Numbered from the stretch's first letter, positions 25,423-39,571 are shown. The stretch is DNA of 64,000 nt from Parasitella parasitica NRRL 2501 (GCA_025201805.1 MU619238.1:290848-354847); one strand, 5' to 3'. The notes: generated by a model from the letters alone, not told the origin. Translations and numbers: made by a program.

Positions 25423-27184
25423 TTAAGTTGTCTTAGTTTTAGCCAGAGCAGCCTTATGTGCCATCATAGCAATCATAGCAGCTCCAAATCCAGAGCCATC
25501 CCTAGCCAAAGAAAATTTAATATGTTTCGTAGCTTGATCACCAAAGAGTTCTGCCAGGGCATCCATCATATGCTTCTCAAAGTCGGGAAAGAATTCGTAA
25601 ACAGATCCATCAATTGCTACAGCCGAATCTTCATCTAATTTACCAGTGTGAGCCAATACACCAGCGATGCCACAAGCAGTTAGGCGAGCCGCACGACGTC
25701 CCACTGCTATACAGATCACTTGGACAACTTGACGATCGCCCAAAGTAGTGGCAGGGACTTGGAGTGTTTCTTCCAAGATGTGGCGAACTTGCTCCAGGTC
25801 AGGTGAATTATCATCTACAACAGTTGACATGTAGGATGTTTCGAAGCCCCATTGCTTGTTGAGCTCTGGTGACGATAAGCCGTTGAAAAGAACACGATGG
25901 TCGATAAAATTGAGGATGGCATTACGAGAAATTTCACCCAGATACATGCCGGACATCATCTTTTCAAAAAGCTGTTCACGAGGATTGATAGACTCACGGT
26001 CAAGTTTGTTATCGTACATGGTAAGCGGTAATACACGACGTTCACGGTCGAAAGCTCCCCATTCCATGTTGATAACCATCTCTTCAAACACCTGCTCTCC
26101 ACCCTCCCATTTTTTGATATTTTTGAGTTTTTCGTAATATGCTACACATGTCATAAGCTGTAAATGAGTAATCTGGATTTGGGAGAAGAAGGGTAAAATT
26201 TACCAGCATTTGTTCCTGTCCCAAGAATGATACCCATTGTAGTGTCAGGATGACGATAAGAATTTGCCATCAAAGTACCAACTGTGTCGTTAACAAGCTA
26301 CAACATAAGAAAAGAAATTACATGCAATGTTAGACACGCTGCTATCTTATCCCTCTCCATCTCTACATGTCTTTCCTTCCCAAAATAACCCGGGTTTCCG
26401 TACACATGAGTACACAAACACAAACGTACGGGAAAAGTTGGGCAAGAAACTCTTCCCCCCCCCCACACCAAAAAAAAAAAAAAAAAAAAAAACGTAAACA
26501 CTTACAGCAGCAATGTTCACATGAATGTTCTTGCGCATGAAGGAGTCTTGCAGCATAATGACAACGTCATTATTGATAGCGTCAGAGCAGTTGAACCCTT
26601 TAGTCCAGTGCATAAGAGTACCTCTGTTGATATCAGTTTGATTAACAGCAAAAGAGAATGTGAACCCTAATTGAGGAAGTTCATCAGCATGGCCACGGTC
26701 AGAGCCATATTCGCAAACAAAGTTATCGACGCAGTCAGCAATGAAGTCGCAGAGATGGCGCATTTTTCCAGTCTTGAGCTCTTCCGTTACGATATATTTT
26801 TGTTGACGCACAGAAAAATGACCATCGCCTTTCAATTCAAATTCGCATACACGGAGGTTAGTTCCACCTAAATCCAGAGCAAGATATTTGCCCTTCTCAT
26901 CACCAGTAGGTCGGCCTGTAACATAACTGGGGATCATAGGAACTGTTCATGATTAGCATACAATTATGCTAGACTTGCCCGGTTTTCATACCTGTTGCAC
27001 CTTCATGATCCAGGCCTTTTTGCATTTCCTCTATAAATTGCTTGACAATCGTACGGGCTTTCTCTGTTGTTATGTTGAATTGATCATGTATTTGATCGAC
27101 AGCCTGTTGCTGGTCTTTGGTGCCGCTGATTTGAGGCACAGGATGCTCAACACTGGTCTCACGAGATAGAAACGAACTAATCAT
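25423..27184 (-). CDS. Hexokinase; multi-exon
   Basis: LALDLGGTNLRV, LGFTFSF, WTKGF, VNDTVGT, ILGTGTN, INMEWGAF, FEKMMSGMYLGE and DGSGFGAA motifs. Confidence 0.95.
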
Positions 27185-28044
27185 TCTTTTACAGTAACGA
27201 AGAAAGAGCAGGAAAAGGGGAAGAAATAGAAAGAAAGACCTTTTATATACAGTTCTGTTTTTTTTGGGATGTCTTTATTTGGTATCGTATTGGTGATGGG
27301 ATCTGTTTTGCGTTTTAGTGTTACGAAACATTTTCCATAGACTTTGTGTTCGAGCTGAACGCAGTTATGGTACAGATGAGATGCAAAATTTTATTATAGC
27401 AACTGTGTAGTTAAGATGTAGAACGACTTGGCAAACATATCTCAAAACCAAGATAAAACAAATGCTATGAAAAAGCTCAAATGTTGAATCAAGATATGGC
27501 AAGGTTCTACACTCACTGAAATTTACGTAATTATTTATCAGAGGCACTAAATGTCCATTCTGCCTCTCAAGTTCAAGGTACACAATCGTCATCCCGTCAT
27601 CCCGTCATCCTGCCATCATCAGAGATTACTTACTTATTTAATACCATATTTAAAACACTCTAGATACATAGGATTATCATATTATAGACTCATTGGCGAG
27701 GGCTATTACATGTAAGCTCATTTTTTAAATTGTAAATGTTGAAAAGGGGGGCAAAATCTCGATATTGTCATATTTAATATGATTTTCAGTACACCGCATG
27801 GGTGTCATTCTTCCATATATGTTGGTCTTCATTCGATATACATTGCAATGAAGAACTAGCCTACAAAAAATCTGTAAAACGTTATTTACCTTTTATGATT
27901 GATTTGAAAAGGGTCTCGTGCTTCTGAAGAGTTCCATTGCCTTACTAATCATTGTGGCTTATTGAGCAGCTTGAAATACTCTTGAATCAATTTTTTCCTT
28001 CAAGTTTAACTAATCTGCATGCAGTTTTATTATCACATAAAAAG

Positions 28045-30501
28045 ATGGCCTTCCAGCAAGCAGAATTAGCAACAACTCTCGGCAATAAACTCAAAGAATG
28101 CAGTAAAAATGACAAAGTAGAAGCCATCGTATCAGATATTCAACAAGGTCGTTATGCCAATGTGATAAAAAACAGTATTGTCTTCAACAACTGTCAACAA
28201 GATTCGCAAGCTTTGAAAGAGGATGGCAACATTCAAAACTGGGTTAGCAATAAAATTTCTGGCATCTCATTGCAAGATGGATTCAGCTGTTTTGATGTCC
28301 TTGCTACTGGCATTGCATGTCTCAACACCTTTGTGCAAATTAACTGGACTGGCCCTATTCCCTCCTTTTCAGTATCAGAGTTGTTCTTGGGCCAAAAGGA
28401 TGATGATTTTGAAACTAAAATTCACCAAGCCTGCCTCAAATCACTCTCGGTAGATGGTGAAGAAGTGTATCACCTCTCTCAGCAACTTGGATTGTTAGCA
28501 ATTGCTCGCACTTTATTAAACACTGTCCGGGACACGACTTTGACAGGTTCATTTTGGGCCATGCGCGCAGTCTTTATTCAGCAACAGCTACTGAATGAAT
28601 TCACCGGCTCGCTCAAGGCAGAATTAATGGAATTAGCCAAGGAAAGCGCTGATAGATTAGAGTCTGCAACTGATTTAGACGATGAGGCTAAAGAATCCCT
28701 TACTGTTCGACATGAACTTGATGTTAGTTTGATCTACGGCTATTTTGGGCAGGATACACAGGCATTAGAAAAGATGGAATCAGCACAAAAGACCTCAGGA
28801 TTTACTTGGTCATTAACTGGTGCACTGGGCCGCCGAACCAAGTTCCAAAGATCTGACATCACCCAACTTGTTGTTTTAGCCGAGAGCAAGAAGAAAGCTA
28901 GCGACGGAGAGCGTAAAGAACTTGCCAGACCCGAAACGTTGGATTTGAATGATGACACTCTTTTGGAACGCATTTCCTTTGCTGAAAATGAAAAGAACAA
29001 TATTGAAAATGATAAGCGTCATGGAAACCTGAATGTGATCGATCAATGTTTACTGCTTGCTTTTTGTCTAAACGTCAAGAACACAAATCCTGATGATGGT
29101 ATCACTACTGAACAGATGGTGCCTTTTGTCACTCGTGTTCTAGAGAATGCCAACAATTGGATGGTTCATACAATGGCTTTATTATTGCGTTCTCGTTTTG
29201 AATTCAAAAATACTCGAACAATTGAGCGTTCAGCATTACAATTGCAAGCACTTGTTGACCAAATCAAGGTAGAAGATTCTGGTGTTGAGGAGCGTCTTGC
29301 TTATTTCTACGACATTTTATTGCCTAGTAAATGGGAAATGGAGCGTGAGCTGGCTTATCGATTTGCTTCTCTTGGTGTTTTGCGCTCTGCTCTTGAAATA
29401 TTTGAACGTCTTGAAATGTGGGAGGACGTCGTCTCTTGCTATCAAATGATGGAACAGTCTCAAGAGGCGAAAAAAGTATTGATGCGTTTAATGGAAAAAA
29501 ACCCTGATTCTGCTAAATACTGGTGCATCTTGGGCGATCTTGAGGTCGAGCCAGCACATTGGCTCAAATCTTGGGAAATATCTAATCACAGTTATGCTGG
29601 TGCTATGCGACGTTTAGGCTCCTATGAATACAAGCTTAAAAATTATGATTCCGCTATCGAGTACTATCAGAAGGCTCTTGCCATCAACCCTATCTTTGAA
29701 AGTTCCTGGTATATCCTTGGTTGTGCTGCCATGTGTGCGGAAAACTGGGAAGTTGCAGCTCGTGCTTTTCAACGTGTGGTTTCTTTGGATGATGAACAGC
29801 CTGAAGCTTGGAACAATCTTGCTAGCATCTACATTAGAATGGAAAAAAAAACGGATGCCTTTTTGGCTTTGAAGCGAGCAACAAAAATTAAACATGATAG
29901 TTGGAAAATGTGGCAAAATCTCATGTTTGTCTCCGTTGATGTTGGACAGTTTGCTGATGCCATTTACGCTATGCAGCGTGTGGTTGAGCTTCGTTGGGAC
30001 AAGGTTCGTGACGAAGCTGTCAATATTCGTGTCTTACGTATGATTGTCGAGAGCGTTATTCAGAATTGGAAAGATCCCCAGGACCGTGATGGTAACCGTC
30101 TCTGTCAACAAGTACAAAGATTATTGGAAGATGTCATTTTAAATCGCATCACCAACTCTCCTGATATTTGGATGATTTGTTCCAAATTTTACTTATGGCA
30201 GAATCGCTATGTGGATGCTCTTGAAACATCTGTTAAAGCTTATAGATCGGTTATGCATGATCCTCGTATTGAAACAGAGGAAGCTGTGTTTGATAATGTC
30301 GCTACTGTTGCGATGGAGACTGTCGATATGTATGAAAACTTGGGAGACAAAACCGCAGATGGTGCACCTGTTTGTAATGACTGGCGTTATCAGTCTCGTC
30401 TAATTCTTAAGGGTTTGATGGGCAAAGTTAGCGATGTTTTTAGAGATACCAAGTCTTATGAAGACCTTCAGAAACGTATGGATGATCTAAAAAACGCATA
30501 A
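28045..30501 (+). CDS. EMW1: TPR protein TTC27/Emw1; single exon
   Basis: FVQINWTGP, LTGALGRRTKFQ, NWMVHTMALLLRSRFE and ERSALQLQALVDQ motifs; C-terminal TPR array (EAWNNLA). Confidence 0.88.
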   Translation: MAFQQAELATTLGNKLKECSKNDKVEAIVSDIQQGRYANVIKNSIVFNNCQQDSQALKEDGNIQNWVSNKISGISLQDGFSCFDVLATGIACLNTFVQINWTGPIPSFSVSELFLGQKDDDFETKIHQACLKSLSVDGEEVYHLSQQLGLLAIARTLLNTVRDTTLTGSFWAMRAVFIQQQLLNEFTGSLKAELMELAKESADRLESATDLDDEAKESLTVRHELDVSLIYGYFGQDTQALEKMESAQKTSGFTWSLTGALGRRTKFQRSDITQLVVLAESKKKASDGERKELARPETLDLNDDTLLERISFAENEKNNIENDKRHGNLNVIDQCLLLAFCLNVKNTNPDDGITTEQMVPFVTRVLENANNWMVHTMALLLRSRFEFKNTRTIERSALQLQALVDQIKVEDSGVEERLAYFYDILLPSKWEMERELAYRFASLGVLRSALEIFERLEMWEDVVSCYQMMEQSQEAKKVLMRLMEKNPDSAKYWCILGDLEVEPAHWLKSWEISNHSYAGAMRRLGSYEYKLKNYDSAIEYYQKALAINPIFESSWYILGCAAMCAENWEVAARAFQRVVSLDDEQPEAWNNLASIYIRMEKKTDAFLALKRATKIKHDSWKMWQNLMFVSVDVGQFADAIYAMQRVVELRWDKVRDEAVNIRVLRMIVESVIQNWKDPQDRDGNRLCQQVQRLLEDVILNRITNSPDIWMICSKFYLWQNRYVDALETSVKAYRSVMHDPRIETEEAVFDNVATVAMETVDMYENLGDKTADGAPVCNDWRYQSRLILKGLMGKVSDVFRDTKSYEDLQKRMDDLKNA

Positions 30502-31018
30502 GTAATGCTGAATTTGTTTTAATAAATTTTACTTTTTTCCTTTAAATTGCGGATTCATGAAAGATAATATTTCGACAAAACAAGCTTATTCCATTCAAGT
30601 TATTACTCCGCGATAGCTATCGTGAACATCATCTAAACAAACTGTAACAAAAAAACACGATGTTCATGCGTTTTGATTTATGAATAGTAATAATAATAAT
30701 TCTATCTCGTATCCATTTCTTTATATACTTATCAAATTCGATATCGCATTCGGCTATCCCCTAGACATCCCTGCGAAATGCAGCATCGACTTGTCAAGTA
30801 TTTTACTAATTTGATCTTTCAGAAATATCAGTTTTTAGCACTATAGGGAGGTGGTTGATCAAATTATAACGTGAAATCTGCTGTCAAATGTTAGTGAATA
30901 GAGTCACTGTTGTGCCAAGTCTTGAAGGGGCACAGCAGATGATTGTATATGATAAAAAAGGAATAATAATATTCTATTGATTACTTTTATGTAATAGATA
31001 GAATAGTAGATGCCATTT

Positions 31019-31095
31019 AACCTTAGATCCGGTCAGGAACGGTTGCCATGATAACTGAATTGAAAGAGTGATAACCATGGTATTTTATGGGCACA
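31019..31095 (+). repeat. Diverged dispersed repeat (other copy at 5621-5697)
   Basis: Matches 5621-5697; starts within TTAA|CCTT. Confidence 0.7.
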
Positions 31096-32084
31096 AAACA
31101 ATGAGTTTGTTCTACGTTGACAACCAATTTTATAATTGATAGATTAATTTGTCACATTACAACACATTCTTCAATTAGTTTATTTTTATTACTTAATTAA
31201 TTAATTAATTAATATCATCATTATCCTAATAATCAAAGTCTCTTGAAACATATCTCTTACTCAATACTCATCCAAACGTTAAATAATATATATCACGTGC
31301 TTTTGCTCAGTGTATATTTACTAATTATGTATTGTACATTTGAAATAATAATATTTGATACGTTTGTGCTGGTAAGATGTGATATGGGTTGATTTTTTTT
31401 ATGAAGCAGTTTGTTCTTCTATATTCGAATTTGCCGAGACAGAATGTTTGTACAAAGGATATTCGTATTTGATTTTGAGTAATTGTTCCTGAGGGTATAC
31501 TGTGTTTCTGATCTGTTCTTCAATTGGAATAGGCAACAATTAATAAAAGCAAATTACGAAAGAAAACCTCAATGTTTATTTGAAGATCAACTTCTACTTT
31601 TTAATATCTCAGGTACCGAGTTCTTGGACAGACTACTACTTGTGTATTTTCTCATGTCACGTGCTTACTTTTTTGGTAATTTGATTATAATTATCCCACG
31701 GCACGTAACAACTTGATACTCTGCGGTGCGGGTTTGTGAAATTTGTAGCGATGTGTTGGAAAGTTCTTGCAGTAAACAGGTCAATGCCGAGACTAATTAG
31801 ACTGTTTTGCTGTTGTTTAAGTGTATATTATGTCGAATAACTAGGATGGTATAGTATCTCAGCGATATAATAGCAAATAATTATATATGACAGAATTTTA
31901 AACGTAAGAAAGTTCGATTTATTTCAAGTATGAAGCATAATTCCATATATATATCTAAGATGAGACGTTCTCAGTATTCAACTTCAGATTCAGGAACATG
32001 ATTTCCATAGGCTTAAACTTAGATCACGTGCAAATAATTAACTAGCATTACAGAATAAATTTACACTCGTAACAAATTGTAAAA

Positions 32085-32156
32085 AGCATCTTGGCGCAGT
32101 GGCAGCGCGTTGGGCTCATAACCCAAAGGTCGCCTGATCGAAACGGGCAGATGCTA
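32085..32156 (+). tRNA. Initiator tRNA-Met (CAT)
   Basis: AGCATCT/AGATGCT acceptor stem (A1:U72); anticodon arm TTGGG-CTCATAA-CCCAA with three G:C pairs; initiator-type T-loop GATCGAAA; 72 nt. Confidence 0.97.
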
Positions 32157-32157
32157 C

Positions 32158-32164
32158 TTTTTTT
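32158..32164 (+). terminator. RNA Pol III oligo-T terminator
   Basis: T7 run immediately after the tRNA. Confidence 0.8.
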
Positions 32165-32679
32165 ATTAATTGTGATGTGTGGTGGTTGTAGACACTAAAT
32201 TTCTTTAAGGATGTCGTGTGCAAATATGTTAGATTTAACAAATGTATTTAGAATCTTAAGTAATAGTAAAAGGATTCGTATAAAGTCTGTGCGTACTTGA
32301 CAAGAAACCCCAAAAAGAAAATATCGGTGTACATACACACTTTTATAATGATTCGTATTACAGATTCATAAATATGAAACACCCAAGTTATTATTAAGAA
32401 ACTTGATAATCTTTACTGCAGTTTGTTTTGTCGCTATACGGGTCCACATTCGCTATGAAGAAACTTATTAACATAAACCAAACCACATATATACATTGCT
32501 GTCAATCATAACTTGACCAGAAATATCTGCATATATTATTTTAGTAAGAAGTAATTAGCAATTAGAAATGCTAACTTTGATAGAGATAATCATAGATAAA
32601 AAGCGCTATAAAATCGTTTATTCCTAAAATTACATTTTTGTGTGAATCTAAATTTTGATGAAAAATAAAAGCGTTCCAA

Positions 32680-35600
32680 CTATGTAGCCCTTTGTTTCCC
32701 TTTTGCTTTTCTTCTTTTCATTGCAGTTTTAACCTGATCTTCCTCGTTTTGTTTAGCTTGCGAAATAGAACGTTCAATTTCAGCATCAACCATATCAGTA
32801 TTTTGAGCAACTTCATCTTGATCATTGTCACCGTCGTCAACCTTTTCGAATTTTTCTCGTACTTTAGAATAATGGGCAAGTTCTGTCGCGGATACACTAG
32901 GAATAAGTTCCTCCAATGCCTTTACAAAATCAACTTCCTCAGCCTGAACAACAATTTCTTCGGGAGTTACTAAATGAGACAAATAGTATTGAGCCGTCAA
33001 AGGATTTGGAAGATCAGGTCTATTTTCCTCATTCAACTTTTTAACTTTGACTTCAATTGAATCTGCTACACGGGTCATTGCTTTCAACATTGCATCGGAG
33101 CAAAGTGCATAGAAATCAGCACCAGTGTAGTGGAAGGGGCAACGTTCTGCCACTTTACGGAGATCCAAGTCAGAGTGAAGGCGGAATCTATTATACAACA
33201 AGATTAGGTAAAAGTCCTCTAAAAGAAGATTAAACAACATACTTTCTGGTCAAGGCCTCAATGATTCTTAGTTGAGACTCATGGTCTTGGCTAACACCAA
33301 GATACAGGAGTTTATCAAATCTAGAAATGAACTTTTGTTAAAGCAGAATACTTGATCAAAAAATGTATTTTAACTTACCTTCCCGGACGTAATAAGGCAG
33401 GATCTAACAGATCAGGTCTGTTTGTAGCACCAATGACAAACACATCCCCAGCGCCAGCTTCTTCGCCACCTTCTCCCATACCATCCAACTCGGCCAATAA
33501 TTGACTCACAATGCGATCCATTACGCCCCCAGAGTCTCCCTTTTCGCCACGCTTAGGAGCAACAGAATCCAACTCGTCAAAGAAAATAACACAGGGCTTA
33601 GCATCACGAGCGCGTTGAAACACGCGACGCACATTAGCTTCTGATTCACCAATGTACATGTTTAAGAGCTCAGGACCCTTGACAGAGAAAAAATTAAGGG
33701 AGCAAGACGTAGCAATTGCTTTAGCCAGCAAAGTTTTACCAGTTCCAGGAGGGCCATATAAAAGGATACCACTACGTTTTTTAAGACCAGCACCGAATAG
33801 CTCTGGATGTTCTAATGGTAATTGTATGGTATCAAGAATATCGTCTTTCACATGAGCCATGCCTCCTACATCATCCCAAGTAACAGATGGAATCTGGTCT
33901 AGATTTTAGTGCTATGTATGTCATTAGCGCCGCTTCTGACTCTTACCTTTGGTGCACCAATAGAGTCAGAATAGCTTGCTCTAGCCTCTCCTAACGCAGA
34001 GTCAAAATCAGCGGCTGTTAGCACAATGCCTGCTGCTTGTATATCTTGAGTAGTAATAGCACTGGTATCTGAAAGAGATGCAAAAGAGCCTTCATCATCA
34101 GGTTCATCAGCTTTGCGGTGACTTTATACAAACAACATGAATTATAATCCTTACGATACCATGCTTGAAATCTTCTACTTACATGGAGCGATCAATACGT
34201 TGTAGAGATAAAACACCGGCTCTGGCGACCAGATCAACAAGGTCTTTTGCTACTAGAGCAGCCGTTTGAGTAGCCAAATTAGAGAGAGAAATATCAGGTG
34301 CCAATGGACTGTCGTGTAGTAAATTGTTCAAAATTTGCAAACGAGCTTGCTCATCAGGGGCTCTGATTGAGATCTCATGTCTGAAGCACGACAAAACACT
34401 TGAAGGTAAGGCATCTATATCACCCGTAGTAGCAATAACCATGACTGGAAAACCCGTAGTTGCATGTGCCGCATTCACACTCTGAATACACTCTTGAAGG
34501 ACAGTAGCTAGCAATGGCTCTTTTGGAATAAAGGAGCATTAGATAGCGGCTGCAAGTATCTACCAGTCTCACTTACCTTGCCCAGACTCCACAACAGCAC
34601 TTTTCTTTGCCAATCCTTCCATGTGCTTTAATAAGACAACGCACGGAGCTAGTGCTGCAGCCTTATCAAATTTCGCTCTCAAGTGAACTTCAGTTTTGGC
34701 ATCAGTATCAGATACAATATCATAAACTGAAAATTCAAACAAATGAACACCAAGATCCTCTACTACTTTCTTGACTAGTGTTGTTTTCCCTCCTCCTCGT
34801 GGGCCATGGAATAGTGCGTTGCAAGATAATTCAAAATCACGACCAAGAGGATGAAGTGACGAAGATACAAGCTCATGGAGTTGCTTGTAAGCTATTGATG
34901 TTGAGCTTGTTTGGGGTAGTTTCTTGGAAAAGTCATAATAGCAAGAAATTGGACCCGCAGGCACACGAGAATATTCAACTCCTGTTTGAACCATTTGCGT
35001 TTTACTGGGTACAATACGACGACCTGAGCCATAGTAAGAGGGATGAACAGCAGAATCAGCATTTTCGCCTTGATCAAGTCGAGTTACTTTAAAATAAGCC
35101 AAACTAGTCGGCTTGATATAGGCTGTCTGGGCGCTTAAATCATCGTCTTGAGGCTTCAAACGGGCACTGTCTTCATTCAAACATATGGCGATAACATCTC
35201 CTTTGCATACAATACGCTCCTTGGCTTCAAACCATTGCTTTAATGACTCAAGAAAAGCAGATTGTAAAGCTTTATCCATGGATGTAGGTGATGCGATGCG
35301 AGCAATGCTGACAGCTTGAGCAACAGGGGGCCCATCAACGGGAGGCGAGTTCACCTTTGTAATTGTAATCCTGACATCGTCCATGGGAGCAGGAGGAAGA
35401 GGTAAATTAAGATTAAAGTACAATACAGGAGGAACATAGACGGTGCTTCTAATGATTAGTCAGTGACAAATTCGTGTTTGGTCATCTATTTGAGCTTACT
35501 GAAGGTCTACAATGTCATCCACACCGAATACACGACATAATCTTGACTTTTTAGGGTCATTTCCACTGACAAGTACCCATTCGCCACTAAAGACACCACA

Positions 35601-36612
35601 TTGTGCTAAATCTCTCAAGTCAACATACACTCGGCTTTCTTCGTCATTGATGTTGTTTGGAGAGGGGTATAAGCGAGATTCAGGCCATTTCTTATGCAAT
35701 ATTCTGACGTGAAACTCTTTCGGTTCAGCAATAATAGGTGTTGTAGTAGAGTTCAGCAAACTGAAGGCAGATGTCATCGATGCTGCTGATACAGGATCTG
35801 CAACTGGAGAATCAGACATGTCAACAGTTAGCACTCTGGTACGGTCACTGGCGATGATATAGCCTTGTTGTACAGGATTTGTCATTAAAATTTCATACGA
35901 TAGCCCATTTTCGAAATGATATTGCCCGGAACTACGGATAACTGCTTTGGGTTCTTTGAGAAAGAGCTGGATCAAAGCCTCTTGGTCTATTTACACCGGG
36001 TTTAGAGTCATTCTCTCGTATATTCCATTCAGTTTTACCTTTTTGAGCAAACTCGTATGAATGCTTATTCAAAGCGCCGATAACCAATTCATCCAGCTCA
36101 ATCAATTCAACAGCTTTTACCTCAATTAAACAAGTAGAGCTTTCGTCTTTCTCATCTCTTCCTTTCTCATCCTCATCCTCATCCTCTCCCTCTTCATCCA
36201 AGCGACATAATGCATCTTTCCCATACACAGTCTGTACCAATTGGCTGCTTGCATACAATACATTTTTACCTCCCTATGTCTAATGTTGAGAAATGATGTG
36301 TTGAATTTGCTTATTCATGCCATGTTACCCCTTGTTCAGTTGGCTTGCAATAGGCCAAAAACGAGGAAAGAGAAGGCTTTACACCCTCGGAAACAGGTGA
36401 GGAAGCCGCTAAACTGGGAACGAGTACAGACACAGCTATAACATCTACTTGCACAGTTAGGAAACACGGGGACTCCTTTCGTTCGATCGCTCGCATATAC
36501 CTTGGGTGTAATTGACAGGGACTATACTTTCCCAAAGATCATTGGAGACTTTTACAAACTGCTCTTCATTTCCAGAGTACAATACAAGATTTGCAGTCGA
36601 ATACACTGGCAT
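32680..36612 (-). CDS. PEX6: Peroxisomal AAA ATPase Pex6; multi-exon
   Basis: Degenerate D1 (GPRGGGKTT) and conserved D2 ([71 protein letters not shown]). Start MPVYSTANL at 36612 is inferred. Confidence 0.95.
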
Positions 36613-38199
36613 ACTGAAAGTGTATTTGTTGGAGAAAAAGGATGAAAAAGGAAGGGAAGGGTTAAATTTTATGAATGCTTTAAAGAACCGAATATGCTTA
36701 TTTTATGACCTCCCACGCTTCAAGTTTTTCGTGCAACACATTTAATGTTTCCCAATCACATTGATTTCGACAATGTAATGTGAAATATGCCCAATGAAAA
36801 TGCTCTTGTAAAAGCTATTTTTCGATTCATTCAACATCTTTCAAAAGAAAAACCTAAAGTACATGAGATGCTTCGAGACATTGGTGCTACTAATTACATG
36901 GTTTTGTTATTATACAGACTCTGTACTCATTGCTGGGGTTGGGCTCGACTAGTAGATTTTAAAATTTTCGTGAGGGTTTTGCAAGGTTATAAATGCCATC
37001 ACGACTCTTGAATGAGCGCATCTGCCCATATACAGCTAACTTTTCAAATATGCGGATAGCTAAAAATGTTGAAAACGCAATGTCTTCAAACAAGGCTTTA
37101 TTAAATGCTCAGAATCATATGGATAGAATACACAGTTTGTCAAATTTGGCTCACAGCCTTAATTTTGATACATGAATACCGTTTTGGAGCTTATTTATGC
37201 AAAATATGAACTTTCGTCAATACATTTTCCTTTAGTCGTTAATTGCTCATTTATAAAATTTAACAGCGTACAAGCTTACTTTGACTCACATTTGCTTACT
37301 AGGTTAACATCTTTTGGAGTTATTAGTGAAAAAGTACCAAACCAATTCAAAATTCAGTTTTCATCAAAAAGAAAGGTAATGTATTACCATCATCGTAGGG
37401 ACATCTGGTTTTAGCTTTATGCAGAGGATTCAGTGAAATTTTATAAACTATTTTTGAAAAAAATATATTTAAACATGACAAGCCGAGTGTATGGTAGTCT
37501 AGGCGCTTTGCCTTCAATTCCTTATCTTCACATTTGAAAAGCGTGGGCATTTAACCAACCTCCTAAACTTTTTGAAATTATGATATAAAAAAATCACTAA
37601 AAATATGTCTACAAGATACTGCTCCTAGTCCAAGTTGATCCGCAGAAAACTCGAGAATTCCAAATGGTAATTACTCGGATGCATCTTGATGATCTTTGCT
37701 TGTATATTTGTCAAAGAAGATAACGGTGCATTAGCCTTATAGTTTTATTATCACATGTAACAATCAAGTATGGAAGGGCAGTAATTTTGAAAATTATCGT
37801 TCTTTACACATCAAGCTCAACTGCACCTCGATTATATAATCGTTTTTCTGTATTTCTTTGAAAACAATATACACAAGGTTTCTTTTTTCGGTTCAACCTT
37901 TAAGCAGCTTGAGGGTATAAAACAGCCCCACGATATAGCGCGGCTAGTCAATTTTTGAAATATACCTTTCCATGATCTAATCAGGACGTTCTTCCATTGG
38001 ATGTGGTAAAAGACATAGGGGACTGAAAGAAGTCGATTTTTTTTAGCTTCGTTATCTCTTTTTCTTTCTCTACATCCAACCACCAAGAAGTTGTCACATG
38101 ATACTCGCCGCCAAGTGCATCAAGTGGGTATTTCTATTGATTTCTTCCACCATCTTTTTCCACTACTCTTTCCCTTCTTTATTCCCAACTTTAAAAAAA

Positions 38200-39571
38200 A
38201 TGGCTCCCCACAAACTCTGTATGATTCCTGGTAAGTTACTTTAGTTGATTTAGGCAACCTGCCCACACGTAGGCTAATCGGTTTTTGAACAAAGGTCCCA
38301 TCGAGTTCCATGAAGATGTCCTCGCTGCCATGAGCACCCCTGCTACTTCTCATGTTGATCCCAACTTTGTTCCTATCTTTGGCGAGTCCATTGAAATGGT
38401 CCGCAAAGTCATTTTGGGAGAGAATGCCCAACCATTCATCGTGTCTGGTTCTTGCACCTTGGGCTGGGATATGATGGTCAATTTGCTTGAACAAGGAGAC
38501 GAGGTTTTAGCCTTGAACACTGGCTATTTTGGCGATCATTTTTCTGAATGGTAAGCATATTGAGTGGGCTGGCGAGAGATTATATTATTAATATTGTTTT
38601 AGTTTGGAAATCTATGGCGCCAAAATCACTACTCTCCGTGCTGAGGTTGGTTCTCGCCCCACTAATGACGCTTTAAAGGAAGCTTTGTCGTCTGGAAAGA
38701 AGTACAAGATGGTTGCTGTCACCCATGTTGATACCTCGTAAGTGTCTTGTTGCAAGTAAAAGCGTGGTAGGGAAGGTGATTATTTAATGGCATATTATAG
38801 TACCGGCGTTTTGTCTGACATTAAGGCCATTGCTGAAACTGTCAAATCTATATCTCCTGAAACTTTGGTTGTTGTTGATGGTGTTTGCTCTGTTGGTTCC
38901 GAAGAAATCCGCTTCGACGAATGGAAGTTGGACATTGTCATTTCAGGCTCTCAGAAGGGTCTGGGTGTTCCTCCCGGTCTCTCTGTTGTTGTAGCATCTC
39001 AACAGGCCTTGAAGGTTTTCGAAACTAGACAATCCCCTATTGTTTCTTACTATTCCAACTGGAACAAGTGGTTGCCCAGTAAGTTCTAACTATTGTTTTG
39101 TAACAAGCAAAATCTAAGACGAATTATTCAGTTATGCAAGCTTACGAATCTCGCAAGCCTGCCTATTTCGCCACTCCTGCCGTCCAACTGATCTACGCTC
39201 TTCACGCTTCTCTCAAGGCTATCACCAGCCAGCCCATGGAAACTCGTTTCGAAAAGCACCGTGCAATTTCTTCCAAGTTCAGACAAACTATCCATGGTTT
39301 GGGTTTAAAGACTGTTGCTCAGTGTGAGGAGTGCTCTGCTAACGGTATGACCGCTGTCTGGTTACCCGAAGGCATTGAAATCCCTCAATTAGTTCCTGCT
39401 CTTGCTAATAAGGGAGTCCAAATTGCTGGTGGTATTTTAAATGGATTAGCTGGCAAGTACTTTAGAATCGGTCATATGGGTATCTCTGTCACTGAGCCTG
39501 AGCGTGGCCATATGGACAAGGTTGTCGAAGCTTTGACCGAGTCCTTGACTGAGCTTGGCTACAAGGCTTAA
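38200..39571 (+). CDS. AGX1: Alanine-glyoxylate aminotransferase (class V PLP enzyme); multi-exon
   Basis: MIPGPIEF, THVDTSTG, VVDGVCSV, SQKGLGVPPG (PLP Lys), YFATPAV and YFRIGHMG motifs. Confidence 0.92.

Noticed and set aside
36990-37620. Repeat-like AT-rich tracts (also ~41880-42280, ~44880-45010, ~45555-45800)
   Set aside because: They look like non-autonomous element remnants, but no TIR/TSD pair or second copy could be demonstrated in the window.
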